Below, piece by piece: positions 7,467 through 15,459 of a DNA stretch of 26,989 bases (positions within the stretch are counted from its first letter, which is position 1; every line of letters starts with the position of its first letter). The notes beneath the pieces were generated by a model, which was given only the letters and a program-made list of their open reading frames with translations, had not been told where the DNA came from and made no database searches. Source of the stretch: a virus. The stretch lies in the UHGV virus genome UHGV-0205323; one strand, written 5' to 3'. Both the position numbers and the translations under genes were made by a program.

Positions 7467-8624
7467 ATGCTCACTGTTAAGCAGATTGAAGCAGCAAAGC
7501 CGAAAGAAAAACCATACCGCCTTCTCGATGGTAATGGCCTGTACCTTTATGTCCCTGTATCAGGGAAAAAGGTATGGCAGCTTCGCTACAAGATTGACGG
7601 TAAGGAGAAAATCCTGACCGTCGGAAAATATCCGCTTATGACTTTGCAGGAGGCAAGGGATAAGGCATGGACTGCGAGGAAAGACATCTCGGCTGGCATC
7701 GATCCGGTAAAGGCGAAAAAGGCTTCGTCTAACAACAATTCCTTTTGTGCGATTTACAAGGAATGGTACGAGCACAAGAAGCAAGTCTGGTCAGTAGGCT
7801 ATGCAACTGAACTTGCCAAAATGTTTGATGACGACATTTTACCCATCATCGGCGGTCTTGAGATTCAGGATATTGAGCCGATGCAACTGTTGGAAGTAAT
7901 CCGCAGATTTGAAGATCGCGGTGCAATGGAGCGAGCCAACAAAGCACGCAGAAGATGCGGCGAGGTTTTCCGTTACGCTATTGTCACCGGAAGGGCTAAA
8001 TATAACCCGGCACCTGACCTTGCTGACGCCATGAAGGGATACCGCAAGAAGAACTTCCCGTTTCTTCCTGCAGACCAGATCCCGGCATTCAACAAAGCAC
8101 TGGCAACATTTTCAGGAAGTATCGTATCGCTCATTGCGACCAAAGTTTTACGCTACACAGCCCTAAGAACGAAAGAGCTTCGTTCCATGCAATGGAAGAA
8201 CGTCGATTTTGAAAACAGGATTATCACTATCGACGCCAGTGTGATGAAGGGACGCAAAATTCATGTGGTTCCGATGTCGGGCCAGGTAGTTGAACTTCTC
8301 ACTACGCTAAGCTCCATCACTAAACCAGTATCAGAGTTTGTTTTTGCCGGGCGCAACGATAAGAAGAAGCCAATCTGCGAGAACGCGGTATTGCTTGTGA
8401 TCAAACAAATCGGCTATGAGGGTCTGGAAAGCGGTCACGGATTCAGGCATGAATTCAGCACAATTATGAACGAGCACGAATGGCCTGCTGATGCTATTGA
8501 AGTGCAACTGGCACATGCCAACGGCGGATCTGTACGCGGGATTTACAACCATGCTCAGTATCTGGATAAGCGCAGAGAAATGATGCAGTGGTGGGCGGAT
8601 TGGCTTGATGAAAAGGTGGAGTGA
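7467..8624 (+). CDS. int: tyrosine integrase, P4-type (DUF4102 N-terminal domain)
   Basis: N-terminus MLTVKQIEAAKPKEKPYRLLDGNGLYLYV...WQLRY typical of P4/CP4-57-like integrases; C-terminal catalytic region with HGFRH and conserved R/H/Y context; start placed at ATG 7467 rather than the track's 7431. Confidence 0.85.
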   Translation: MLTVKQIEAAKPKEKPYRLLDGNGLYLYVPVSGKKVWQLRYKIDGKEKILTVGKYPLMTLQEARDKAWTARKDISAGIDPVKAKKASSNNNSFCAIYKEWYEHKKQVWSVGYATELAKMFDDDILPIIGGLEIQDIEPMQLLEVIRRFEDRGAMERANKARRRCGEVFRYAIVTGRAKYNPAPDLADAMKGYRKKNFPFLPADQIPAFNKALATFSGSIVSLIATKVLRYTALRTKELRSMQWKNVDFENRIITIDASVMKGRKIHVVPMSGQVVELLTTLSSITKPVSEFVFAGRNDKKKPICENAVLLVIKQIGYEGLESGHGFRHEFSTIMNEHEWPADAIEVQLAHANGGSVRGIYNHAQYLDKRREMMQWWADWLDEKVE

Positions 8625-8643
8625 TCCACCTTGACTATCGAAT

Positions 8644-8700
8644 GGCACAAAGCCTTGCAATCCAGTGCAAAGCTTTGTGTGCCTCAGTTTTGTCTCATTA
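8644..8700 (+). terminator. putative terminator / structured element downstream of int
   Basis: Long imperfect hairpin GGCACAAAGCCTTGCA / TGCAAAGCTTTGTGTGCC followed by T-rich TCAGTTTTGTCTCATT; a separate perfect 8-bp hairpin AAGGTGGA-GTGA-TCCACCTT (8613-8632) spans the int stop codon. Confidence 0.45.
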
Positions 8701-8751
8701 TTAAAATAATTCCGTCAACCTCACTACCTTCATAATATTGAATTTTTTTAA

Positions 8752-10413
8752 TTACCTCCATGCAACAATTGTAACTGGTATAGTTACTGACTGACTTGTA
8801 ACTATAAGTCCTGTTGTTGTATCAACAATTCTTATTGCAAACCCGGTAGAATTATAAGTGTCGGCGTATACTTGATATTTAAAAGGAGATGGTACTGCAC
8901 CTGAATGAAAATCAGGATGTATAATTACTTTTGAGGCATAAAAACCAATTGTAACTATACCTCCCGGATTAACTGTTGTTGTCGATATATAATCCGGCGA
9001 GTTGTGTATCTTATCGTTAACCCTTATTATCTTACCATTTCCAATCATGCTAAATATAGTAAATACACCATTTGGGTCATTAAGATAAACTGTTGCATTA
9101 TCTTCTACTCTTATATGACCTGCTGTTCCGTCATCATTAAGCAAGACAGGGTTGTTAATGTAAGTTACTGAATTTCCTCGACATCTAAAATGATAAAAAT
9201 TAGGTCCGTTTGGATTAACTCTATTGAAGTGTGGATTGTTATATGTGACTACTGAAGATGATGCTACCAGTATTGATTGTGTTCCTGCTGTCATTTTTCC
9301 ATCTGTAGAATCCATCTCAAAATTTGGTGAGTCGAAAACAACCCCGGTAGAGTTTGTATCAATATGATGGAAGTAAGAGTTATAAGACCCATCATGCCCC
9401 ATATTAAAATTAATCCACTTAGACCCCTTTACACCACGAAGTCTTAGTGCAAATGCTTTGAAGTTTGCCGCATAACAGTTTATATATGTATTTTCAATTA
9501 TCTGGCCGTTACTCGAAATATCAAAACCAATTCTATTCCCATTTGCTCTGATGTTTGTAAACACATTGGAGAAGTCAGCAGGACCAGCTTTATAACCAAC
9601 ATCAAAGTAGTCTAAATACATATTAGAGAAAGTGCAGTTTACTGTCTTATTTACTCCGGTAAGATCAAGACCAGAACCAGATCCAATTGGTTGACCTCCG
9701 CTAACGGCACCCTCAACAATTAAACCTATATTTGCTATTACTGTTCCTCTTAATTCATTTCCAGATGCAGATATTCCTGAAATCCCGCTAGGTGTTTTTA
9801 TGCTTGATGTAGATAGAGAATCACCAATTAATCCAAAATTATTCTTAAGTGAAATGTTACCTTCCCATTCCCCTGGAGGAACCTTAAGGGTAATGGGAAT
9901 GCTACCAGATGCTATATAATCATTTACCGGGGAAAGATCATTACCGATAACACCAAATCCTCTTATATCTCCTAATCTTCTATAATCAGTAATAGAAATA
10001 AAATCCTGAACGGACTCCCCAGTATCGTAACAAACTAAAGATGCTCCAATATTAGACGCAAGCCTTTTTTCAAGCTGATCCGGGTCGTACTTCAGTACAT
10101 TCGGAAAATAAAACTGCTGCGCACCGTACGCATCATAAACAGCCATAGAATGGCCTTGCACGGTAACGAATTTGGCAATCTGTCCGTTATATACAGGGTA
10201 ACCAGCAGCGTTAATGATGATTGGCTGGGATACAGGAACGTGAGAGCCGTCTTCGTTCTCCACATAAACCTGAATCTGGTTTTCAGGATTTACCGGGTCA
10301 GTGTCAATTTTACCGATATAAATTTTGCCATTGGCTACGGCTTTAAAAGAACGAGCCATAGTGAAGAGTTGCGAAGGCATCGATACGATCACATTGGCTG
10401 TAATGTCTGTCAT
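8752..10413 (-). CDS. tailspike protein: P22 gp9-like N-terminal head-binding domain fused to a divergent receptor-binding domain
   Basis: N-terminal ~110 aa ([11 protein letters not shown]...[22 protein letters not shown]...[13 protein letters not shown]...VLKYDPDQ) closely matches the P22 tailspike head-binding domain as recalled; the remainder is Gly/Asn/Ser/Thr-rich and unlike P22; last gene before the int-proximal end. Confidence 0.85.
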   Translation of the reverse strand: MTDITANVIVSMPSQLFTMARSFKAVANGKIYIGKIDTDPVNPENQIQVYVENEDGSHVPVSQPIIINAAGYPVYNGQIAKFVTVQGHSMAVYDAYGAQQFYFPNVLKYDPDQLEKRLASNIGASLVCYDTGESVQDFISITDYRRLGDIRGFGVIGNDLSPVNDYIASGSIPITLKVPPGEWEGNISLKNNFGLIGDSLSTSSIKTPSGISGISASGNELRGTVIANIGLIVEGAVSGGQPIGSGSGLDLTGVNKTVNCTFSNMYLDYFDVGYKAGPADFSNVFTNIRANGNRIGFDISSNGQIIENTYINCYAANFKAFALRLRGVKGSKWINFNMGHDGSYNSYFHHIDTNSTGVVFDSPNFEMDSTDGKMTAGTQSILVASSSVVTYNNPHFNRVNPNGPNFYHFRCRGNSVTYINNPVLLNDDGTAGHIRVEDNATVYLNDPNGVFTIFSMIGNGKIIRVNDKIHNSPDYISTTTVNPGGIVTIGFYASKVIIHPDFHSGAVPSPFKYQVYADTYNSTGFAIRIVDTTTGLIVTSQSVTIPVTIVAWR

Positions 10414-10471
10414 TTAATTTGCTCCAGATACAAGGAATCGCCGCAGCATGGCTACGGTGAATTTTGGGCAT

Positions 10472-10496
10472 AAAAAAACCCAGCCGAAGCTGGGTC
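10472..10496 (-). terminator. rho-independent terminator between ant and tailspike (minus strand)
   Basis: Minus-strand stem ACCCAGC / GCTGGGT with TTCG loop followed by TTTTTTTAT. Confidence 0.6.
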
Positions 10497-10513
10497 GTTG
10501 CGTTTGTTATCTG

Positions 10514-11404
10514 TCAGTAGTTATGTACTGAAGGAGGTAATTCTTTATTCTTAAGTCTCATCCATGCGGAAAGATTCGCTGGTCCGTCTGGCTCATTAAT
10601 ATCAACATCTCGTGTGTGGTTTATTAAAACGTCTCTCGCCATTCCGATAACATACGAGAACTCATGACCGTAGTCGTAGCATCTTCCGGAATAGTTCGAT
10701 TGAATTTGTTTTAACGCCGGATACAGTTCGCGGAATAATGCCTGTGAACGGTTGGCATAATCCCATAACCATACAAGACTGTTTGCTTCTTTTGCAGAAA
10801 GCTCGTTGGTCTTCTTCTCTTGTTTGCCGATAAACTCGCCTTCAAGCACTACCCTGTGGATGTACTCTACGGCCAGCGGGATTTGTTCAATTGAAAGTTC
10901 ATCAATGCTGTCAATACCAAAACGCTGATGAACCATATTGTATGCATCGTCATAGCGAAGTCCTTTCTTTCCTACCAGCATGTTTACTGCATCGCGTAGC
11001 GGTGTGCGTTCAGCTACTGAAGTTTTACCGCCAATAGCCTTCCTCTCTTGTGTGGTAGTAACCATTGCGTCATATGCACGGATAACCTTCAGCGCAAAGG
11101 CTGCGCTAATCCACATGGCGTAGGAGTAAACAAGCTCCTTGCACACGTAGGTTCCACCATATCTACCTTTCTTAGAAAGGACGGGATTCTTATTCTGCAT
11201 ATCCGCAGAATTAAAAATTTCATTAATCAATTCAATAGTTTCATTTCTACGCATGAAGAAAGCTGGCTGATGTTTTTCCTCCTTTCCAGACGCTACATGA
11301 AGGTCATTAAGCGAGTAACGACCCTCTGAATCCATATGAATCTTGACGTCAGAAATGATGATGCTATTAGTGCAATTTACAGTTGACTTTGCTAAGCTTG
11401 ACAT
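10514..11404 (-). CDS. ant: antirepressor Ant with KilA-N-type N-terminal domain
   Basis: 296-aa ORF downstream of arc on the same strand; N-terminal KilA-N-like pattern ([36 protein letters not shown]); position matches the P22 immI arc-ant arrangement. Confidence 0.65.
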   Translation of the reverse strand: MSSLAKSTVNCTNSIIISDVKIHMDSEGRYSLNDLHVASGKEEKHQPAFFMRRNETIELINEIFNSADMQNKNPVLSKKGRYGGTYVCKELVYSYAMWISAAFALKVIRAYDAMVTTTQERKAIGGKTSVAERTPLRDAVNMLVGKKGLRYDDAYNMVHQRFGIDSIDELSIEQIPLAVEYIHRVVLEGEFIGKQEKKTNELSAKEANSLVWLWDYANRSQALFRELYPALKQIQSNYSGRCYDYGHEFSYVIGMARDVLINHTRDVDINEPDGPANLSAWMRLKNKELPPSVHNY

Positions 11405-11470
11405 ATCAATAATACCTCGTAAGTTTTGTTGATACCGAAGCCCTGACTGTTACAGCAGTTGGGGCTTCAA
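11377..11470 (+). ncRNA. candidate sar-like antisense RNA opposite the arc-ant junction and ant RBS
   Basis: Plus-strand terminator hairpin GAAGCCC...GGGCTTC followed by AACTTTTT (11434-11470) antisense to arc/ant; candidate promoter -35 TTGACG 11343-11348 with -10 TATTAG 11365-11370 inside the ant 5' end; 5' end uncertain. Confidence 0.3.
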
Positions 11471-11640
11471 CTTTTTGCTAGATTACCTTTAGAACTATCC
11501 CGCCTTAAACTATCCACTAACCGCATTACCATCTCGGTATTTATTGAGCGACCATTTTCTTTCGCTGACTTCTCGATTGCTAACTTAACCTCTAATGGGA
11601 TGCGCAAAGGGTACTTTGGTGCGTCTGACTTGACTATCAT
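11467..11640 (-). CDS. arc: Arc-like ribbon-helix-helix repressor
   Basis: 57-aa protein from ATG 11640 with GGAGGT RBS; PKYPLRIPLEVKLAIEKSAKENGRSINTEMVMRLVDSL parallels P22 Arc (PQFNLRWPREVLDLVRKVAEENGRSVNSEIYQRVMESF, recalled). Confidence 0.7.
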   Translation of the reverse strand: MIVKSDAPKYPLRIPLEVKLAIEKSAKENGRSINTEMVMRLVDSLRRDSSKGNLAKS

Positions 11641-11658
11641 ATTACCTCCAATCAACTT

Positions 11659-11675
11659 GGTATAACCGTTATACC
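11659..11675. promoter_or_regulatory. perfect 17-bp palindrome, candidate Mnt-type operator overlapping the ant/arc promoter
   Basis: GGTATAAC-C-GTTATACC is an exact inverted repeat around a central base, located between divergent arc and mnt and about 20 bp upstream of the arc RBS. Confidence 0.5.
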
Positions 11676-11676
11676 A

Positions 11677-11704
11677 TTGTGATCGCAGTGATGCAATAGT
11701 AATA
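11677..11704 (+). promoter_or_regulatory. candidate Pmnt promoter
   Basis: -35 TTGTGA at 11677-11682; -10 TAATAT at 11699-11704 (16-bp spacer); upstream of mnt RBS GGAGGTGG. Confidence 0.3.
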
Positions 11705-11728
11705 TCACCAAAATGCTATGGAGGTGGT

Positions 11729-11965
11729 ATGTCACGCGAAGAGCCGCAAATAAATATCAGGATTTCCAAAGAGTTAAAGGCAAAGGTTAAAGCCAGGGCG
11801 CAACATAACAAGCGTTCCATGAATGCTGAAATAATACAGATTATCGAAGATGCTGTTTGTGGTAGATCGCTTAATAGCAATGAATTTGCTCAGAAAGAGG
11901 CTGACAAATTCAGGGATGCGCTACTTGAAACACTGAAAACCATGTATGGTAAGGATGAAAAATAA
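11729..11965 (+). CDS. mnt: Mnt-like ribbon-helix-helix repressor
   Basis: N-terminus MSREEPQINIRISKELKAKVKARAQHNKRSMNAEIIQIIEDAV parallels P22 Mnt (ARDDPHFNFRMPMEVREKLKFRAEANGRSMNSELLQIV, recalled); divergent from arc-ant. Confidence 0.75.
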   Translation: MSREEPQINIRISKELKAKVKARAQHNKRSMNAEIIQIIEDAVCGRSLNSNEFAQKEADKFRDALLETLKTMYGKDEK

Positions 11966-12501
11966 TGCTGCACACAATTCATTTCTTATGCCCCGTTAAC
12001 ACTGCCACTGTTGGGCAACTTCAGAACCACTGTCTCACCGCATTATCTCAAGGCGCAACTGAATTAAATATCCATATATCAAGTCAGGGAGGGGAAACTG
12101 CCGCTGGTTTTACTGCGTATAACTTTCTTAAGTCACTCCCTGTTACCGTTAGAACTCACAACATAAGCAATGTTGAATCCATAGCTAATATCGTTTTCCT
12201 GGCTGGCTCAGAACGTTTCGCAAACCCATTATCAAGATTCCTGTTACATCCTCTATTATGGGGCTTTGCCACCCCAGCCGCCGACCATGCCAGATTGAGA
12301 GAGTACGGGAAATGCCTCGATAACGATCTTGATCGCTTCGTTGAGACGTTCAATATCGACATCGGAACCCATATTAGGTGGGCATCCCTGATAGCAGACT
12401 CGACCATTTTGGATGCTAACAAGGCTCTTGAGCATGGCATAATTAATTCCATAAAAACTGCAAGGCTGGTATCCAATCAGGCAAACTGGTGGGTTGTTTG
12501 A
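11965..12501 (+). CDS. ClpP-fold serine peptidase-like protein, translationally coupled to mnt
   Basis: ATG overlaps the mnt stop (TAATG); sequence aligns by eye to the E. coli ClpP core (IHISSQGGETAAGFTAYNFL vs [20 protein letters not shown]; Ser in SNVESIANI at the GQAASMGA position; His in FLLHPL at the MIHQP position; C-terminal LEHGIINSI vs VEYGLVDSI). Confidence 0.6.
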   Translation: MLHTIHFLCPVNTATVGQLQNHCLTALSQGATELNIHISSQGGETAAGFTAYNFLKSLPVTVRTHNISNVESIANIVFLAGSERFANPLSRFLLHPLLWGFATPAADHARLREYGKCLDNDLDRFVETFNIDIGTHIRWASLIADSTILDANKALEHGIINSIKTARLVSNQANWWVV

Positions 12502-12578
12502 TGGGTAAATCATGATTACTCCTATGGCAGGAAAGATTCGCATCCTTAAATTTAGTGAGCAAGGATTACCATCACACC

Positions 12579-12764
12579 TTAACAGCCTCCGCGTCCACGA
12601 GTAATTCTATTGCGGATTTGCTTCTTGCGGTGGTTTAAGCTGGAGAGCCTGGCTTCTGCTTCTGATATTTGCGCATCAAGATCTTTAAGCTCAAGATCTG
12701 AAAGTCGCTGGTCAAGCAGGGTTTGGTTCAACTCAATGTTGTTCAGGCGTTCTTCTATGGTCAT
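12579..12764 (-). CDS. small coiled-coil protein (61 aa), hypothetical
   Basis: AAGGAG RBS 5 nt upstream of ATG 12764; heptad-like Leu-rich sequence; start lies immediately downstream of the lipoprotein-gene terminator. Confidence 0.45.
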   Translation of the reverse strand: MTIEERLNNIELNQTLLDQRLSDLELKDLDAQISEAEARLSSLNHRKKQIRNRITRGRGGC

Positions 12765-12772
12765 GATTACTC

Positions 12773-12802
12773 CTTATAAAAAACCCACCTGACGGTGGGT
12801 TT
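12773..12802 (-). terminator. rho-independent terminator downstream of the lipoprotein gene (minus strand)
   Basis: Perfect 9-bp stem AAACCCACC / GGTGGGTTT with 4-nt loop, followed on the minus strand by TTTTTTAT. Confidence 0.6.
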
Positions 12803-12808
12803 CATTTC

Positions 12809-13240
12809 TTAATCTTGCTTTGTAGACGGTATAAGGGATGCGTTTGCCTCTTTTGGCTTCAAGGTATACATCCCACCATTAAATGGATCAACAGCAAGCC
12901 AACCAATTAACCCACCAAACACAAGGTTTCCACCAATATACCAACCATTAGCATTGGCTTTGATTGGCAGGGTAACTGGTTCGTACCCATCCTTCTCCAT
13001 AGTGATCTGGTAGCTCTTTTTGCCAAAATAACTACCATCTGACTTGGCAAGAGTTACTCCTTGCGGGGTCTTACCTTGCGCAACAATCACGCCTGATTCG
13101 TCTTTTACCTTAAAGCTCGCACCGGAAGGATTGCTGTTCACTTGCACAAGCTGTGTTTCGTCACCAACAATAGTTGCGCACCCAGATAACATGATAGCGC
13201 CAGCAACGACGCTAATAATCCTCTTCATATCAATTTCCAT
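12809..13240 (-). CDS. lipoprotein (signal peptide with lipobox LSGC); candidate superinfection-exclusion or surface-modifying moron
   Basis: N-terminus MKRIISVVAGAIMLSG-C has a type II signal peptide and lipobox; Gly-rich C-terminal segment WYIGGNLVFGGLIGWLAVDPFNGGMY; followed by its own terminator; alternative start ATG 13228. Confidence 0.6.
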   Translation of the reverse strand: MEIDMKRIISVVAGAIMLSGCATIVGDETQLVQVNSNPSGASFKVKDESGVIVAQGKTPQGVTLAKSDGSYFGKKSYQITMEKDGYEPVTLPIKANANGWYIGGNLVFGGLIGWLAVDPFNGGMYTLKPKEANASLIPSTKQD

Positions 13241-13323
13241 ATCTAAAAAACCGGAAACATCCTAATGACAAACCATTCAAATGTGAAGCACGAGATAAGA
13301 TCAATCCATCCGTGGACGACTAA

Positions 13324-15459
13324 TTACTCCTGTGTCATTCCGCTTAGCGATGCCACAATCCCAGCCCTCGACAAACGCTGGAACTCTTCGTTTCCTAATG
13401 CATCGCGAATTGCTTTTACGGCGGCCTTATTTGCCATAAATCTGCGTTCCGCCGCCGCTAATGCGCCATCACTTGCCCCAACCTTAACTGCCTTTGTTGC
13501 CTCTTGAACAGCCTTTTCAATAGCGTAACGACCACTTCTGGTTGCGGATAATTTCGCTATCGATCCTTTTGCTATCGCATCAATTGCTCCACCTGCAGCG
13601 CCACCAACTATTGCTCCAATAACACCTCCTCCAGAGAACCCTGCGATAGCGCCAGCGGTTGGAAAAGCGCCAGACAATACGCTCTCTAAAACTGGATGAA
13701 GGCCATTCTCAAGAGTGCTAATGGCTGGCATAGAGCGCCCTGTCTGTTCAACATATCGAAGTGGCTTTGTTGCAGCTCTTGCAAGTTCTCCGTATGAACT
13801 TGTAATCCTGCCAAGTTCTGGAGAATATCGACTAATTGCCTTCACGTTTTGTGGGGTAAGAATAGTCGCGATATGCTTAATTCCAGCCTCTTCAGACTTA
13901 CCTCCGCGTACCCCTTGCGATACCGCATCTTGTAATATTGATGCAATTGCTGGCGCGCGTTCCGACTCAGGTAGGGCGCTTATTATTTTATGAAACTGAC
14001 CTGTTCCACTTTTTGCTGAGCCCTGTAACGCCTTAGAGCCATTAGTTACTAACTGATCAGTTGCAAGGTCTCTACCAAACGCTGCTTCAGCCTGTTCTTG
14101 TGCTGTAAATCTTGCTTTTGACAGATCATTAGCTTTTTGCCAGTCATCAAGAAAACCGCCATTTTGAGCCATTATGCGCATATCTTCCGTTGCTGCATCA
14201 CGAAGCTCAGCCATGCGCCTTGCCGTATTTGCCTCACCAGACCTTATATACTTCTGCTCTGCGTCAGCAAGTTTACTTCGCCATGCCTTCATGGCATCAA
14301 ACGTGATTCCTTTTTTACCAGTTTTAGCATAAGCAGATGCGAATTGTTTCATCTCAGGAGTTAGCGGCATGCCAGCCAAAATATCACCCTGAATTGTAGC
14401 GTTCAGGTTTGACATTCTGGCCTTTGCGTCAGGCATCGTGGAGCGGACGCTATCCCATGCAGCCTTTTCTGAATTTTTCATTTTATCAATACTTGCCAAA
14501 ACCCTTTGTTTTATGGCTGCACTTTTTTCTGATGCAGTTCCTGCTTCAGCCCCAAACTCATCCAATGCTGAGTTAAATTTCGACTCTATTTCACTGAATG
14601 CTTTGGTGTGTGCATCCTGTGTAATTCCGGGCTTTGACGCCAGAATCCCCTCCGCCTGAGCAAGACCACGACTACCTGATCTCATGCCAGGAGTTAATGC
14701 GTTGATATCTATTCCAGCAGTATCTGCTGCTTTTGCTATTTCGTCTGACACATTAGCTGACTGTCTGGCAATAATCTCTCTTCCTGTACCAGACTTTGCC
14801 ATTTTCGAAACATCAGCAGCGGAATTTATTGCCCCGCCACCAAGAACTTGAGGTGATTTAGAGGTTAAGATCCTTCCAGCCCCAGAAAGTATCCCCTGAG
14901 TACCAATATTGATACCACCGTTAATGGCAGCATTTTGTGCAAAATCGCCCTCCTGATTTGCAGCATCAGCAAGAGAACCGGCAATCATGTTTCCTGCGGA
15001 ACCGATATCTCCAGCGAGCTTTGCTGTCGCTCCAGCAGCTTTTGCCGCTGTGCCAATTGGCAGGAGATACCCACCAATTGTTTCACCGGCTTGCGCATAA
15101 GGGTCTGTCGGTCTGTCTACTGGACGATAAACATCATCCAAAACCTTGGGTCCACCAAGCCCCTGACTGATTGCATTAATCAGACTTGCGCCGCCCTGCA
15201 ATACGTCAAATGGTATGTTTACCAGACCACGACCAGCCTGTTCTGCAATTTGCCCTGCACTTTGACCACCAGTGAGCCAATCGCCAGCTTGTTGCATCAA
15301 TGATGGTTCTTCCCGTGTTGGTGCATTATTGGCCTGATTAACTGTTTGTTGCTGAACAGCCTGACCAGCAAAATACTCATCAATGGCGGTGCCAATATCT
15401 TCCGTGCTCGTACCATCAGGGAAGGTAAATGTCTTACCGTTTGCAGTTACTTTCATCAT
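13324..15459 (-). CDS. ejection (internal virion) protein, P22 gp16-like
   Basis: 711-aa Ala/Gly-rich protein in the position of P22 gene 16 after gp7 and gp20; start overlaps the gp20 stop; assignment by synteny and composition. Confidence 0.65.
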   Translation of the reverse strand: MMKVTANGKTFTFPDGTSTEDIGTAIDEYFAGQAVQQQTVNQANNAPTREEPSLMQQAGDWLTGGQSAGQIAEQAGRGLVNIPFDVLQGGASLINAISQGLGGPKVLDDVYRPVDRPTDPYAQAGETIGGYLLPIGTAAKAAGATAKLAGDIGSAGNMIAGSLADAANQEGDFAQNAAINGGINIGTQGILSGAGRILTSKSPQVLGGGAINSAADVSKMAKSGTGREIIARQSANVSDEIAKAADTAGIDINALTPGMRSGSRGLAQAEGILASKPGITQDAHTKAFSEIESKFNSALDEFGAEAGTASEKSAAIKQRVLASIDKMKNSEKAAWDSVRSTMPDAKARMSNLNATIQGDILAGMPLTPEMKQFASAYAKTGKKGITFDAMKAWRSKLADAEQKYIRSGEANTARRMAELRDAATEDMRIMAQNGGFLDDWQKANDLSKARFTAQEQAEAAFGRDLATDQLVTNGSKALQGSAKSGTGQFHKIISALPESERAPAIASILQDAVSQGVRGGKSEEAGIKHIATILTPQNVKAISRYSPELGRITSSYGELARAATKPLRYVEQTGRSMPAISTLENGLHPVLESVLSGAFPTAGAIAGFSGGGVIGAIVGGAAGGAIDAIAKGSIAKLSATRSGRYAIEKAVQEATKAVKVGASDGALAAAERRFMANKAAVKAIRDALGNEEFQRLSRAGIVASLSGMTQE

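Noticed and set aside
8625-8751. attP core in the 127-bp int-tailspike gap, as in the lambda/P22 arrangement
   Set aside because: Not excluded, but the gap is short, consists mainly of hairpins, and lacks repeated arm-type motifs; the repeat-rich xis-int interval is a better candidate for a P4-type integrase.
12256-12543. 95-aa minus-strand ORF antisense to the ClpP-like gene
   Set aside because: Lies entirely within the better-supported plus-strand gene, with no RBS and Cys/Pro-rich junk-like composition.
12610-12792. 60-aa plus-strand ORF opposite the small coiled-coil gene
   Set aside because: Ser/Arg-rich low-complexity translation with no RBS; the minus-strand frame has a strong RBS and coiled-coil periodicity.
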